Notes: generated from the sequence alone by a model not told the origin. A stretch of 63,969 nucleotides of DNA, filler included, from Octopus bimaculoides (GCF_001194135.2; 4 parts of 4 records of this genome joined end to end with filler, not necessarily neighbours in it), one strand, 5' to 3'; positions 25,031 through 38,373 are shown, counted from the first letter of the whole stretch. Translations and numbers: made by a program.

Positions 25031-25712
25031 CATCGAGGCAATGACTCCTGACCAAGACCTTTGAAAATATGCTGTGCGTGAGAAGACCTGGCAAGCCAAG
25101 TGAGACCAAAATCCAAGGCCTCTGCTAGGGATGTAGCCAGCCCACTTATGCGTACCTTTCCTCCATTGGACACTAAACTCCGCTTGCGAAGACCTGTTGA
25201 GGCAAGTGAAATCAAACTAAATTCGACGACTGGCCCCCATGCCAACGTCTCCTCCATTGGACACTAAACTCTGCTTGCGAAGACCTGTTGGGGCAGTGAA
25301 AGCGAAATCATGATGGCACCACCGTTTGAGCATGATCATTACCAGCGGTGCCTTCCTGGCACTTGTGCCACAGCTTCGCGTTCCTGGCACTTGTGCCGGT
25401 GGCAAGTGAAAAGTCATTCGAGCGAGATCGTTGCCAGTGCCACTGGACTGGCTCCTGTGCGGGTGGCACATAAAATACACCATTTTGAGCGTGGCTGTTG
25501 CCAGTACCGCCTGACTGGCCTTCGTGCGGGTGACACGTAAAAGCACCCACTACACTCTCGGAGTGGTTGGCGTTAGGAAGGGCATCCAGCTGTAGAAACA
25601 CTGCCAAATCAGATTGGAGCCTGGTGTAGCCATCTGGTTTCACCAGTCCTCAGTCAAATCGTCCAACCCATGCTAGCATGGAAAGCGGACGTTAAATGTT
25701 GATGATGATGAT
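25031..25712 (+). mobile_element. RTE LINE 3' end / family A tail, CpG-rich copy, with internal roughly 50-bp direct repeat
   Basis: EAMTPDQDL*KYAVREK remnant; cctccattggacactaaactc..cttgcgaagacctgttg twice; ends ggacgttaaatgttgatgatgatgat. Confidence 0.8.
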
Positions 25713-25720
25713 ATATATAT

Positions 25721-25820
25721 NNNNNNNNNNNNNNNNNNNNNNNNNNNNNNNNNNNNNNNNNNNNTTAATTAATTAANNNNNNNNNNNNNNNNNNNNNNNN
25801 NNNNNNNNNNNNNNNNNNNN
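25721..25820. other. assembly gap marker N44-TTAATTAATTAA-N44 (also 47653-47752 and 60982-61081)
   Basis: Identical 100-nt construct three times; artefact. Confidence 0.95.
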
Positions 25821-25852
<32 letters not shown>

Positions 25853-26447
25853 CATATGCGCATATATGTAAAAAATTGCGTATAAGTGTATTGCGGATGC
25901 TTTCAGGTTTATATGCTATACGTGTACAAATATGAATGTATGTGTGTGTATGTGTGTGTGTGTGTGTGCCTGTTTGTGCACCCCAGGGTAGTTTGCATAC
26001 ATTTATATTTTAGGTGAGGAAACATAATGCTGTCAAAACCGATATTCATCAAGCATATTGTTTCAGATTTTAACCCAGAACTACTTCATCACGGGTCACA
26101 GAAGAATTTCCCACACGGGCTGTCAATGTAGTTATAATGGTTGCCTTCATAATCAGAGGAAGATCGACAGGGAGAAATAGGGTGAGGGAATGAGAAAATA
26201 AGAGACAAGAGAGAGGAGTGAGAGAGGTAGAAAGAGAGAGAAAGAGAGAGATGGGGAGAATCAGATATAATAAGGATTGCAGTACAAGGACAGAGAGAAA
26301 GGCGAGGAGGACTCGGAGATGGAAGAGAGAAGGAGTCAAATGGAAAGGGAAGTAGATTAAAACAGACTAACACGGAACTAGAGAATGAAAAATATGGGCG
26401 GGTAGAGAGATTCAAAATATGAAATAGTGACATAAAGAGAGAGAGAT

Positions 26448-26488
<41 letters not shown>

Positions 26489-26684
26489 AGCAGAGATGGG
26501 GGACGGGAGAGAGAGGGGCAGAGATGGGGGACGAGAGAATGACGGAATCAGAGACGGAGTTTAAATTGAAAGAGAATGATAAAGAATGATAGAGATATGA
26601 GGTGAGAGACAGACACAGGACAAAATGAGAGAGGAGAAAGAGAGAAATTTGCCTGTATAGCTGTTTCCAAGTGTGTGTGGGTGT

Positions 26685-26720
<36 letters not shown>

Positions 26721-27792
26721 TTACGTATATATGTACCATAGAGAATGAGGGATGGCGGTGTGAGAGAACTTCAATCATTTTGGTATATTTCATGGAAACG
26801 GCTTGACAACACTGAGATCAAACATAAATAAAGCTGAACTATCGAACTGTGACTGAAATCGTGTCATAAAACCTGTGGCGCTAGACAATAGATGTACGAA
26901 CGGCAACTATGAATTAATTATATTAACATTACAACAGAAATGTACTGTTCAAAGAGGGAAAATATGGAGGGAATTACTGAACAGCTTAACAAAAACTAAA
27001 TCGATAATAAATAAATATGAAAAACAACAAGTAATAAAAACGTAAGAATATAAATAATTTAAAACAAACTAAACCAACATTTTAAACCGATAACGGAAAA
27101 GCAAATCAGAAAAAAAAAAGCAAAGTCAATACGAGAATGAAAGCTGAATTAAGTTCTATATATTTATGGATAGATAAATACAAAGTATATAAATATATAA
27201 TGATATAGATAAATATATGTTAATGTATTGTTTATGTAGGTGTGTTTCTGTGGAGGTTTTGCGGTTGTTGTTGTTGTTGTAGATGTTGTTGCTGTTCTTG
27301 TTGTTTAGACTCAAACCGGCTCTAATCGAGTAGACATGTGATAAAAAGTATCCCGACCATAATCATCCAATATTTTGGGTAATGTTTTTGTTGTTGTTGA
27401 TATTGTTGTTTATTTCTTCCAGGCATGATATACCCATGACTTTATTAACGAAGCCACTATGTTTTAAGACAGACAGATGTGAAGAGACGAAGATTTGGGT
27501 TGCTACTTTTAGCAAGTCGAGATACAGGTTTTTATTCTCTTGCCTTCAACGATATTTATTAATACTTTTCTATATGCCTCTGTGTTTAATTGCTTGGTAA
27601 TGCACATATGGCTTTTATTTTATATATCTCATTTATCTTCTGGGTAGAGGTATCTCAGCTAAGTGAAGTCTAATTCAACTCACCTGTTGAGTTAATGCCA
27701 ACATTCTGATTTCTATTTAAAAGCGGATGGTATAGAATCACATATTCCTTGAATTCTAGTCTTATATATGCACATGCACATATACATACACA

Positions 27793-28200
27793 TCTTTCTT
27801 TATTTGTTTCAGTCATTTGACTGCGGTCATACTGGAGCACCGCGTTTAGTCGAGCAAATCGACCCAAGGACTTATTCTTTGTAAGCCTAGTACTTATTCT
27901 ATCGGTCTTACTGCCGAACCGCTACGTGACGGGGACGTAAACATACCAGCAGCAGTTGTCAAGCGATGCTGGGGGGAAAAACAGAGACACACAAATATAT
28001 ACACACATATACATATACACATATATATATACATATACGACGAGCTTCTTCTAGTTTCTGTCTACCAAATCCACTCACAAGGCTCTGGTCGGTCCAAGGC
28101 TATAGTAGAAGACACTTACTCAAGGTGCTCCGCAGTGGGACTGAACCCGGAACAATGTGGTTGGTAAGCAAGCTGCGTACCACGCAGCCACTCCTGTGCC
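27793..28200 (-). mobile_element. full-length tRNA-headed SINE family B
   Basis: Head ggcacaggagTGGCTGCGTGG...GGTTCAGTCC; CORE-like ccttgagtaagtgtcttc; internal microsatellite; tail aaatgactgaaac. Confidence 0.9.
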
Positions 28201-28229
28201 TATATATTTTCCACTAACTAAAGTTCGCT

Positions 28230-28443
28230 TATGCCCAATCACTGCATGGCACCGATGCTGCTGATTTTGTCCCGACTAAGCGGTCCAATAGCGCAATTCT
28301 GTCAATGTTCACAGATTTTTAGTGAAAGCAACAGCTTTATTTCTGTGCAGAGTTACCTCATTCCGGTATTTCCCATTGCGGAAATCTAAAGAGCCGGAAA
28401 TGCTGCGTCTGGAAATCCGATGGAGGGCAGTTCGCATCAGTTG

Positions 28444-28482
<39 letters not shown>

Positions 28483-28550
28483 ATTAGTTCAAGGAGGGAA
28501 GAAAAAACATAAGAAAAAGACAACGCAAGCACGTGGCACATGCAAATTAT
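28230..28550. promoter_or_regulatory. CpG-rich promoter-like island
   Basis: CCAAT at 28235 and 28285, ETS-like TTCCGG 28361 and CCGGAAAT 28394, CACGTG 28530, ATGCAAAT 28540; minus-strand ATG (28376-28374) followed by donor GAG|gtaact at 28357. Confidence 0.4.
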
Positions 28551-28676
28551 TGACAAGACGCTCAGGGAAAGAAAGAAACGTAGATTTACGTTTCGAGCAA
28601 ATCACTTCTTCAGAAACAGAAGACAGAGGAAAGTCCAAGAGAAAAGAAAGACAGACGAAAAGAATTGACATATATG

Positions 28677-28712
<36 letters not shown>

Positions 28713-29039
28713 NNNNNNNNNNNNNNNNNNNNNNNNNNNNNNNNNNNNNNNNNNNNNNNNNNNNNNNNNNNNNNNNNNNNNNNNNNNNNNNNNNNNNNNN
28801 NNNNNNNNNNNNNNNNNNNNNNNNNNNNNNNNNNNNNNNNNNNNNNNNNNNNNNNNNNNNNNNNNNNNNNNNNNNNNNNNNNNNNNNNNNNNNNNNNNNN
28901 NNNNNNNNNNNNNNNNNNNNNNNNNNNNNNNNNNNNNNNNNNNNNNNNNNNNNNNNNNNNNNNNNNNNNCATACCCAAGGCGCACAGAGCTGCGCTCGGT
29001 AGTGAAGTGAAAGCACGTTATAAAAATAAAACTACTGAA

Positions 29040-29238
29040 TAATAATAATAATAAATGCGCCCTTTTAAAGCCTAGCCAGACTCATGGGCCCGGTTTCCCG
29101 GTTTCTACGGCGTATGTGTTCCCCAGTCCATCGCAGCGTTACTCATTTTTTGCCAGCTGAGTGGACTGGAGCAACGTGAAATGAAGTGTTTTGCTCAAGA
29201 ACACAACACGTCGCCCGGTCCAGGAATCGAATCCACAT
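29040..29238 (-). mobile_element. SINE with CORE/V-domain-like centre (related plus copy 56702-56950)
   Basis: GATTCGATTCC B-box; gttcttgagcaaaacacttcatttcacgttgctccagtccactcagctgg; ctgcgatggactgg; (TTA)n tail. Confidence 0.7.
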
Positions 29239-31398
29239 GTTAATATTGCACCCACGACCTTTCCTCCTCTTTGAGCTCCCGCCAGAGTCACCTATCCACT
29301 CCACTATGCTACGTGCGGTCTCCTCAATGAAAGTAGTTATCCTGTTTCTGCACCGTTCCTAAGTATACCGTATGCTATAGACTATACTACTAATCTTACA
29401 GTTAACATGCACCTTCATTCTACATAATATACAGTTGTTCTCTGTATATGGGGATCTTTCGAACGGCTATCCATATAAAAAAAGGAACCCATGTAAAAGT
29501 TAACTATAAGATTAGGAATATAATCTATGGCATACTGTCAAAATGTGTAATTCTGAAATCTTGTTGGAAATAGATTCTAACCACTCTGTTACAGTATCCG
29601 TTTTTTTCTATAAATCAAATTGGATGCAGTCTTGGCTGGTGGTACTTATGTTTGCTGGTGATACTTATATCTGTTTAAGTTATGTGCTATCATTTTGTAT
29701 GTAGTTGCTCTTATGGACATGATAATATGACAACGATATCATGATCTGAACGGTTTGTTTCTGTCAGACAGTGGTGAAGATTTTGCATTCGTATTACTAC
29801 CGTTCAGAATATTCATGTTTTCTAAGTGATGCATTCGCTTGTACGAACATATCACTACATCATTTCCAATTTTGTAAGTATTTCTACAGGTTAATGCTTT
29901 TTATTCTAAATATTGTCGTTTTCAATAACGCTTACAAAACCGATTCGAAGAATTGGGAACCATTATTTTCAGGAGGAAATTAATAGTTTGAAAACAAATT
30001 TGTACTTATTCTGGTGTCTAGTTAAGAGCTGAAAAATGGTATGTTAGCCAATTTAATAGTTTGAGGAAGTAAGCAGTTTTTATATTTCCAAATAAATAAT
30101 TGCATTTGTGTGCATTTTGCAACATGAAAACAAAGCATTCAATGTTATTTTTATAGTTTATGTGGGAACTAAAGTTTAGAAACATTTCATTACAATCATA
30201 AATGTAAAACTTAATTCTAAATTCAAATTATATATTAACAGCAATAAATTTTTTGCGTAACTGACAGTCGGAAAACCCTTTTCCTAAATTAACATTTCAG
30301 AAAGAAAAAAATTCATTTTTCAACTCAGCACATTTAAATATATAGATTTATTTAAATAGTGAATTGTTTTAAAATTGCAAAAAGCGCCGCAAAATTTTAG
30401 AATCATATATGTTTTATATGTTTTATATGTATATAAGATACCTCGAAATTCTTTGCATTTTTAACAGTATTGTATTTTCATACATATTGCTTCAATCTAT
30501 TTGTCTAACGATTAAATTCCAACTATATGAAAGTATTAATTTATGTACTTTTTAGTTTAATTCAGATTGTCTTAGTCACATTCACGCCATTAAAAATGGC
30601 ACGTGATTCATTTAAACTACTGGAGAGAGAACCAAGCAAGAGTATCTATAATATACAATGAAAATTGGATACAAACATATACGTATACATGCATATAGAT
30701 ATTTGAGTGTGTCTCTATATGCTCACTCATATGCAGCTTAAGTAGTTGATCTTGTAGACATAAACATATTTGTGTGTGTGTGTGAGTGTGTTAGCCTATG
30801 TGCGGGTGCATTCAATTATGTATTTGAATGCAGTTATGTTTTCTACCGCCTTCTAACTAACATTTGCTTTGTCATCTAAACGCTATTCATATTTGAGAAT
30901 CACATTCATTCTTATATAAAATATGTACAATAATACTAATAAGATGGTGTTATCATCATTAAAAATCTTACGTTATATTTTGAAATATTTTCTAGTTACT
31001 GTTAAGTTTAAATTTGCTGATTACCTGATATTTTCTGAAGAGTTTTTCTGACACACACAATACTAGGCTCTAGATTGTTTCATTCGCAAAATTAACCCCC
31101 TTTAATTTTGCTCAGATTGCTTTCAATTTTGGTGCATCAATGTAACTCTGAAATTTGATTACGATCAACCAATTACTTTATCTCATAAATTAAAGAATCT
31201 GATGTTATTTGGAATTAAAGTTAGGAAAATTTGGGTAAATTTAGCCAATCAACCGACGGCGAGACAAAAACAGGTTGTTACCATGACAGCCGCACGTTGA
31301 GATGTGTTTCAGCTCACCCGCATGTTGAGTTGATTCTCCACACCACAGCATTTACTTCACCCGCGTATTTTGTTTTAATAAAGATTTATAATTATCAA

Positions 31399-31886
31399 TT
31401 AGAATTTTTTTATAGATATTGTTACGAACTCACGCACGCGAAGCACCTCCCTAATACCGAAGAGAAGACTCGCTGGAAGCGTGTGTGTTGGTGTGTTGTT
31501 GTTGTTGTTGTTATCGGGTGATTTTGATTGCTTTTTGTTGAGTACAGCTTGTTTATTTATTGGTGTGCTGTTGTGCCATTTTCTTCGTCTTTTACGTTTG
31601 ACTTCTGACCACTCAATTCTGTCGGCTTCTATGCAAGACATGTCTGAGTGGTCAAAGTCGGGAATGGGTGGTTCCATTGGATCGTAATTTGCTGATGTTT
31701 TTTGTTCCTCTGGCAAGAGCTGGGTTGCTGATGTTTTTGTAGGCGCTGTATTGGTGGCCGTGGTTAGCGCCTCTGTCGTTGTGGGCGTTGTTACCTCTCG
31801 TGTAGTTGGTGGTAATGATGGTAGTGTTTTTGTAGGAGCCCTCTCTGACCTCCTCCTTATTTGACCGTAGTTACTTGAGCATGTCT
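31399..31886 (-). pseudogene. Thr/Pro-rich then acidic/basic open frame (about 162 codons stop-to-stop), probably a retroelement ORF1 remnant
   Basis: ...PTKTLPSLPPTTREVTTPTTTEALTT...EPPIPDFDHSDMS..EWSEVKRKRRRK; no splice-bounded structure seen; family assignment is inference. Confidence 0.35.
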
Positions 31887-32039
31887 GTTAGTGGTTGACG
31901 ATATGTGCATCTCTGATCACAAGCAGAAGTAGTGGGGGAGCATCATAGCCATGTGTTGGGAGGAATTCGTAAGGGTTTGAATAATTCACCTTTCAAAACA
32001 TGGATTTTTCTTTCGACATCCTTAAAACACCCATATTTA

Positions 32040-32302
32040 GGGACCTTTTGAGCAGGATGGGATACTCGACCTGTAGAAAATTCTAATTGGGCCCCATCTG
32101 CAAGGTCATGCGCTGTTTATATTGATATGAGATCACCCTGTCAATCACATGTGGCTGTGATACATGTGCCTGGTATACACTTATCAGACCATTAGGCATG
32201 ATGGGTATACTGGGTTTCATATATTTCAATCCAGTGCCACTTTCATGGTATGCACTGATCTCTCATTCAATAATAATAATAATAATCATAATAATAATAA
32301 TC

Positions 32303-32354
<52 letters not shown>

Positions 32355-32370
32355 TAATAATAATAAAATG
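32040..32370 (+). mobile_element. LINE 3' end with (AAT)n tail (reverse copy about 48335-48540)
   Basis: ccagtgccactttcatggtatgcactgatctctcattcaataataat matches the reverse complement of 48375-48420. Confidence 0.75.
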
Positions 32371-32429
32371 ATAAGTTATTTGAGTATTAAAATAATGATT
32401 AACGCATAGGAAATATAAACACACACACG

Positions 32430-32523
<94 letters not shown>

Positions 32524-32590
32524 NNNNNNNNNNNNNNNNNNNNNNNNNNNNNNNNNNNNNNNNNNNNNNNNNNNNNNNNNNNNNNNNNNN

Positions 32591-32671
<81 letters not shown>

Positions 32672-33200
32672 AGTATATGTTTATATATGTAATTATGCCT
32701 ATATAAATGTGTATAGGTGTATAAACACACAAACACACACACACAAAAATATGTAGATGCATGTATATATATACTCTGTGTGTGCGTGCATGTGTGTGTG
32801 TATGTGTCTGTATCTATTCATGTGTGTATCTATACATGTGCTTGCCTATGTATATACGCATATATCTGTGTATAGATAGATGTGTACGAAACTCATTAGA
32901 AATTGCTGGGGAGCATCTTAGATGCGATATCTACTTCACTGCATCTATCAAATTAAAATTTCCAACTTTAGGAGAGGCGAAACGGGCTTCATTAAACTCA
33001 TACCAAATTAAAATTTTACTTGGAATACATGATGGTTTCGAACTGGTGAAGATGCTTGCCGGTTGACTTTTACATGAAATTGCTACAAATAACAAAAATA
33101 TACTTATGGCTGTGAGCCTCATATACACCCTGACGAGAATACATCCATAGGGTTTCTATACATACATGCATATATATATATAATTAAATATACTTATATG

Positions 33201-33264
<64 letters not shown>

Positions 33265-33609
33265 TATACATATATGCATTCATATATTTGAAACGGATGT
33301 ATATGCATACACAGGCACAAACACGCATGTATATGCAAATACGTTTGAGATAATTAGAGTCGCAGCTAATCATATGTATATGTTTGTTTTTGTATGAGTG
33401 CACGTGCGCCAGTACATGTAATTCTAGGTATATGTAGTTTAATAAATATGCAATTAAAACGATTTCTAATTAGAATTCCGAAGTATCTGAATGTAACGAG
33501 GTCAAGTATAAATAAAGTGGTAAGATTGTATGTTGAAATAATTGTATTGAAACAATATATGTACATTATACACGTGTGTGTGTGTATATATAATATTATA
33601 TTATATTAT

Positions 33610-33640
<31 letters not shown>

Positions 33641-35291
33641 TATATANNNNNNNNNNNNNNNNNNNNNNNNNNNNNNNNNNNNNNNNNNNNNNNNNNNNNN
33701 NNNNNNNNNNNNNNNNNNNNNNNNNNNNNNNNNNNNNNNNNNNNNNNNNNNNNNNNNNNNNNNNNNNNNNNNNNNNNNNNNNNNNNNNNNNNNNNNNNNN
33801 NNNNNNNNNNNNNNNNNNNNNNNNNNNNNNNNNNNNNNNNNNNNNNNNNNNNNNNNNNNNNNNNNNNNNNNNNNNNNNNNNNNNNNNNNNNNNNNNNNNN
33901 NNNNNNNNNNNNNNNNNNNNNNNNNNNNNNNNNNNNNNNNNNNNNNNNNNNNNNNNNNNNNNNNNNNNNNNNNNNNNNNNNNNNNNNNNNNNNNNNNNNN
34001 NNNNNNNNNNNNNNNNNNNNNNNNNNNNNNNNNNNNNNNNNNNNNNNNNNNNNNTATATATTCACACATAGATACATACATAAATACATACATACATACA
34101 TACATACATACATAAATAAATACATACATACATACATATACATGCACACATACTCATAAATGCGCATGCATGTACGAATCAATGCATGAATTAAAATATA
34201 TAAAAAGAAATCTATCATTTATATGAATAATTCTGTAATTATTAATGAAAACTACACTATATATTTATGCGTTAACATTTATTCATACATATTCATTGAG
34301 ATGTGTTTTTATGCCTTATGTTCATATACATTTATATTGCCTAATATACATCAGTGACTAAGGTATATCTTAACAGTGATCACAGAGAAGTTTCCTTTTA
34401 CTCCGACTCTAGATTATCTGCTGAAATCTAGCATATTTCTATGTATAATCGTTGATGCGCAACACACAGTTTTGCGTTGTGTCAAACTCAGTGGTATATG
34501 AAAACAGACATATATGAAGAAACAATCAAAGTTAAATGGAGAAATGTAAAGATCTGTATGTGTATATATCTGTATGGGTTTGTTAACGATAGAAAGACCA
34601 CTCCTCGAGCTCTGACATCATGGTTTGTAGTAAAAATACCTCTAATTGTTTAGATACCTACAATGAGGGTGAGAATCTAACATTCATTGTTGTCTTTTAA
34701 GTAAATTCTTTTTTCTTATTTACATATTACAAATTGGTTTCACTTTCAAAACTTCGAAAAAATAATTGGCAAATTAAACGATATTATCAAAGACTCGGGT
34801 TATATCTCTGAATAAAGAAAAGTAAGAGGAAGATATAAAATTTAGCTTACAACGGAAGATAGCAATTATTTCAGTCTCATGATTTATAAATTTTAAATAA
34901 CAACAATACTGACATTGTTGGCAAACGTATCATTTCCACTTTGATTCTTGGCACGTGACAGTCTCCCTGTATTTCTTAAATGTATTTACTTTATTCATCA
35001 GAAATGGCTTCTACTTCATTATGTTGGGCATTCAATTGATGCACAAAAAAGCGTATCCGTCTGAAATTGTAAATTTGTTGATGATGAATTGTTATCTTCT
35101 ACTTTCGGATTAATCCCGCGTTTGTCCAGTTTATCCTCATTAAAATAATTAGATTGCTTGAAGCACACCTGAAAAGATTCTTTACTACAAATATCTTTTT
35201 AAAACTTAAATTCATAAGATTTACTTTCAGTTCGATTAATAAAGATTTTAATGCTAGGAGTTTATATATTTTGACTGCGAATGTTAATAAC

Positions 35292-35600
35292 AGTGGATTT
35301 GGTAGACGGAAACTGCCAGAAGCCCGTCGTATATATATATATATATATATATATATGGGGGGTGTATGTATGTGTAATGTTTGTGCGTTTGTGTTTGTCC
35401 CCTCAACATCGCTTGACAACCGATGCTGGTGTGTTTACGTCCCCGTAACTTTGCGGTTCGGCAAAAGAGACCCATAGAATAAGGACTAGGCTTCCAAAGA
35501 ATAAGTCCTGGGGTCGATTTGCTTGACTAAAGGCGATGCTCCAGCATGGCCACAGTAAAATGACTGAAACAAGTAAAAGAGTAAAAGAGTAAAAGAGTAA
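35292..35600 (+). mobile_element. 3' part of SINE family B, CpG intact
   Basis: gtggatttggtagacggaaactg...cggcaaaagagac...gctccagcatggcc...(gtaaaaga)n tail. Confidence 0.9.
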
Positions 35601-37111
35601 CATTTTAGGAATTTTTCTTCTGCTTTTGATTATTCTTAAATCTCAACAGTACTCTCCCTTTTTGGATATTGTGTCAATAACGAAATATTTGGATGTCGAT
35701 TTTCTTCTACATTTCTTGTCTTATGCGCTGATGTATAAAATAGGGATTTAAGAGTTTTTAAAGTGAATATTGCCCATCGTAATTCCTGAATATTTATTGC
35801 TTTGGCACGTTCTCTCCCGTATTTTACGTTACGGGATATAAACTTTCAAGTTATGTTCTCCTTAAACCTTGAAGATGTTTATACAGAACTTAAACATTCA
35901 ATACAACTCTGCAAATTCTACATGCTAAAATTTATAGAATACTTGCTTTTGTATTCTTTGGAAAGCTGTAGTAAACAGCAAAAGTTGTTTTGAGTCTGTT
36001 TGTTTGAAACAGATAACAGTTCAAGAATTTGTGTATTTTTAATTAATAAACTATTTGGAAAAAAAGATATTTATACTGTTAATTAGTTTATAACATTCAC
36101 CGTCGTAATCGAGACCTTATGCCTTTGAGATAAAGCAATCATGCAATTTTTGTTTCTAGCTGTCATGTAAATACTTATAGATGTTGCCGTCATTTAATCT
36201 GAGCACATCATATATTTGCATTTCTAAAGATGTTATGGATTCTTAGCGTACATTTTACCAATTCTTTTCGCCGTTGCACTTGCAGATATTTGCCCTTGTT
36301 GTTATTGATGTAGAAAAAAATAGTTTACACGATGAATATTATTTCTTCCATATTGAATGTTTGTCTATTTGCTTATGTATATTGGTAGACAATTATTCAG
36401 CCACACTTCTTATCCGTATTCATATGGGAACATAATATAACGTTTACAACAGAAAAATAAAGCAATGAGTGTTTCTTTTGTTTGTTTTTTTGCTCGCTAA
36501 TACTGCTATATTTACACTGAATGGTATTATTTTTACATCGACTATTATGATATTATGACATCAGAGAATTTCTTATTGTGATTGAGTTTTCAGTATACAA
36601 CAATATCTACAATTTACATTATTTAACAGAATTCACTTACCAAGAATTACATTATTTCGTACAATACTAGACGTAGTTTACTGTAACATTTAGAACATAT
36701 AATATTGTACAGATTTTTGTTGATATTGATTGTTTTCCATATACTCCATGAACTATACAACTTAAAGAATTCATGAAATTTACCTCTGTAATCTGCCTCT
36801 TAAATGATATTTAATCTGGAAGCTTTCTAAGAACATTTGTGGGTAAGGATGGAGGTATAACACAGCCAGATATTGCATATTATCAATAAATTTCTAATAT
36901 TATTAGTTCTCCTTAAACTCTTAAACTTCCATATATTGGGCCACGATCAATCAGCGTTCTTCACAAATATATTCCAACTTTATCGAATAATCAATCGTGA
37001 GCCGCTTTAGTAATCACAATATTCGAGGGTATATTGATATTAACTCACAAACTCCTCTTCTGCAACCAAATATAATTTATTCAGTGGTGCAGGAAATTGA
37101 CATTCAATATA

Positions 37112-37984
37112 CGAAGTCTGATCAATAAATATCCGGACTGTCACCATAACAACGAAGTGAAAGCATGCAGTGTAAGGCTGCTTGGCACAAATTGACCTTA
37201 AACTTTGCTGTGCATGCGCACTAAGTTTTAACATTCAAGCTCACTTCCATTGTTTACAGCAGTGCTTGGAAGGAAGGTGTATAGCGTATGATCGTCGCAT
37301 TGACCATGACAGAGAAAGTTGTCATGGCGATACCCGCTCAGAAGCCTATGCAAAGTTGTAGAATGTGTATGAAGGGAAGTGTATGAACTGCACAGAAGTG
37401 CACAAGTGGTTCAGACGTTTCCAAGATAGTCGAAAAAATGTCAATATTGACGAACGTTCTGGGAGACCCCCAGCCAGCAGAACTAAGAAAAGCATCGCAG
37501 ATGTGCGTGAGGGGAAGTTGTCCAATCACGATACTTGAGTTATCAGAGAATGAGCAGATTAGTTACGGTTCAGTTCAGTCCATTATTACTGAAGATTTAG
37601 GTATGAGACGCATGCGTGCCATGTTTGTGACATAACGGCTTTCAGCTGATCAAAAAGACACTCAGGTTTCAGTTGCACAAGATCTCCTTGATTGTGTCGA
37701 GAAGGAAAACTTTGCGTAGGACTCTGAGCAGATATCGCTAAGCTTCTGGTAAAAATTGATGTAGATTATCTGCACAACTTTCTCTGTCATGGTCAACGTG
37801 ATGATCATATGCTACACATGTTCATTCCAAGCACTTTTGTAAAAAGCGAAAGTGAGCTAGAACATTAAAACTTACTGCGCATGCACAGCAGAGATCAAGG
37901 TGTATCTGGACCGAGGAGCTTTACTCTGCGTGCTTTAGCTTCGTTACTATAGCAACACTCCTGATAGTTATTAATCACACCACG
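37112..37984. mobile_element. non-autonomous mariner with two left ends (long inverted arms) around a transposase HTH fragment
   Basis: TA|cgaagtctgatcaataaatatccggactg ... cactcctgatagttattaatcacaccacg|TA (22/29 match); about 200-bp arms; centre KWFRRFQD..DERSGRP..ISYGSVQSIITEDLGMRR. Confidence 0.85.
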
Positions 37985-38087
37985 TATCCGTTCTTGGACA
38001 GAGGTTACACATCCGGATTATAATTGGACTAAGTTTTCGCATTATCCTAAGGAGTCATTGGCTTAAAATATTCATATTCTTCAGAGT

Positions 38088-38352
38088 ACATTATTTACAT
38101 TATTTACATTTGACAGATATTTGTCCTCATCTTGTTTGTTGTTAACACAACGTTTAGGCTGATATACCCTCCAGCCTTCGTCAGGTGTCTTGGGGAAATT
38201 TCGAAGCTGGGTTCTCATTCCTAACGATATTACTATTATTATTATATTATTATTATTATTACTATTATTAATCAGGTCGCTGCCGTGAATCGAACTCGGA
38301 ATCTTGGGGTTAGTAGCCCACGCTCTTAACCACTACGCCATATGCCCATGGG
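38088..38352 (-). mobile_element. SINE: tRNA-Arg-like head, (AAT)n spacer, hammerhead-bearing tail
   Basis: GGGCATATGGCGTAGTGGTTAAGAGCGTGGGCTACTAACCCCAAGATTCCGAGTTCGATTC (A and B boxes); hammerhead at 38189-38144 with GAAA mutated to TAAA. Confidence 0.8.
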
Positions 38353-38373
38353 CATATGGCGAAATTTCCCTAA

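Noticed and set aside
25765-25776. TTAATTAATTAA islands inside N runs (also 47697-47708 and 61026-61037)
   Set aside because: Each sits in an identical N44-12-N44 block: a scaffolding spacer, not biology.
29245-29330. Second tRNA-like stretch on the minus strand (TAGCATAGTGG)
   Set aside because: B-box degenerate and no cloverleaf; at best a decayed SINE head.
32263-32762. YIYI, HTHT, LSIY and CVCV low-complexity ORFs throughout
   Set aside because: Direct translations of microsatellites.
38272-38352. Possible genuine tRNA gene
   Set aside because: The acceptor stem does not close, the anticodon reads ACT with a short variable loop, and the sequence continues into a repeated tail: a SINE head. 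The same applies to the other A/B-box heads.
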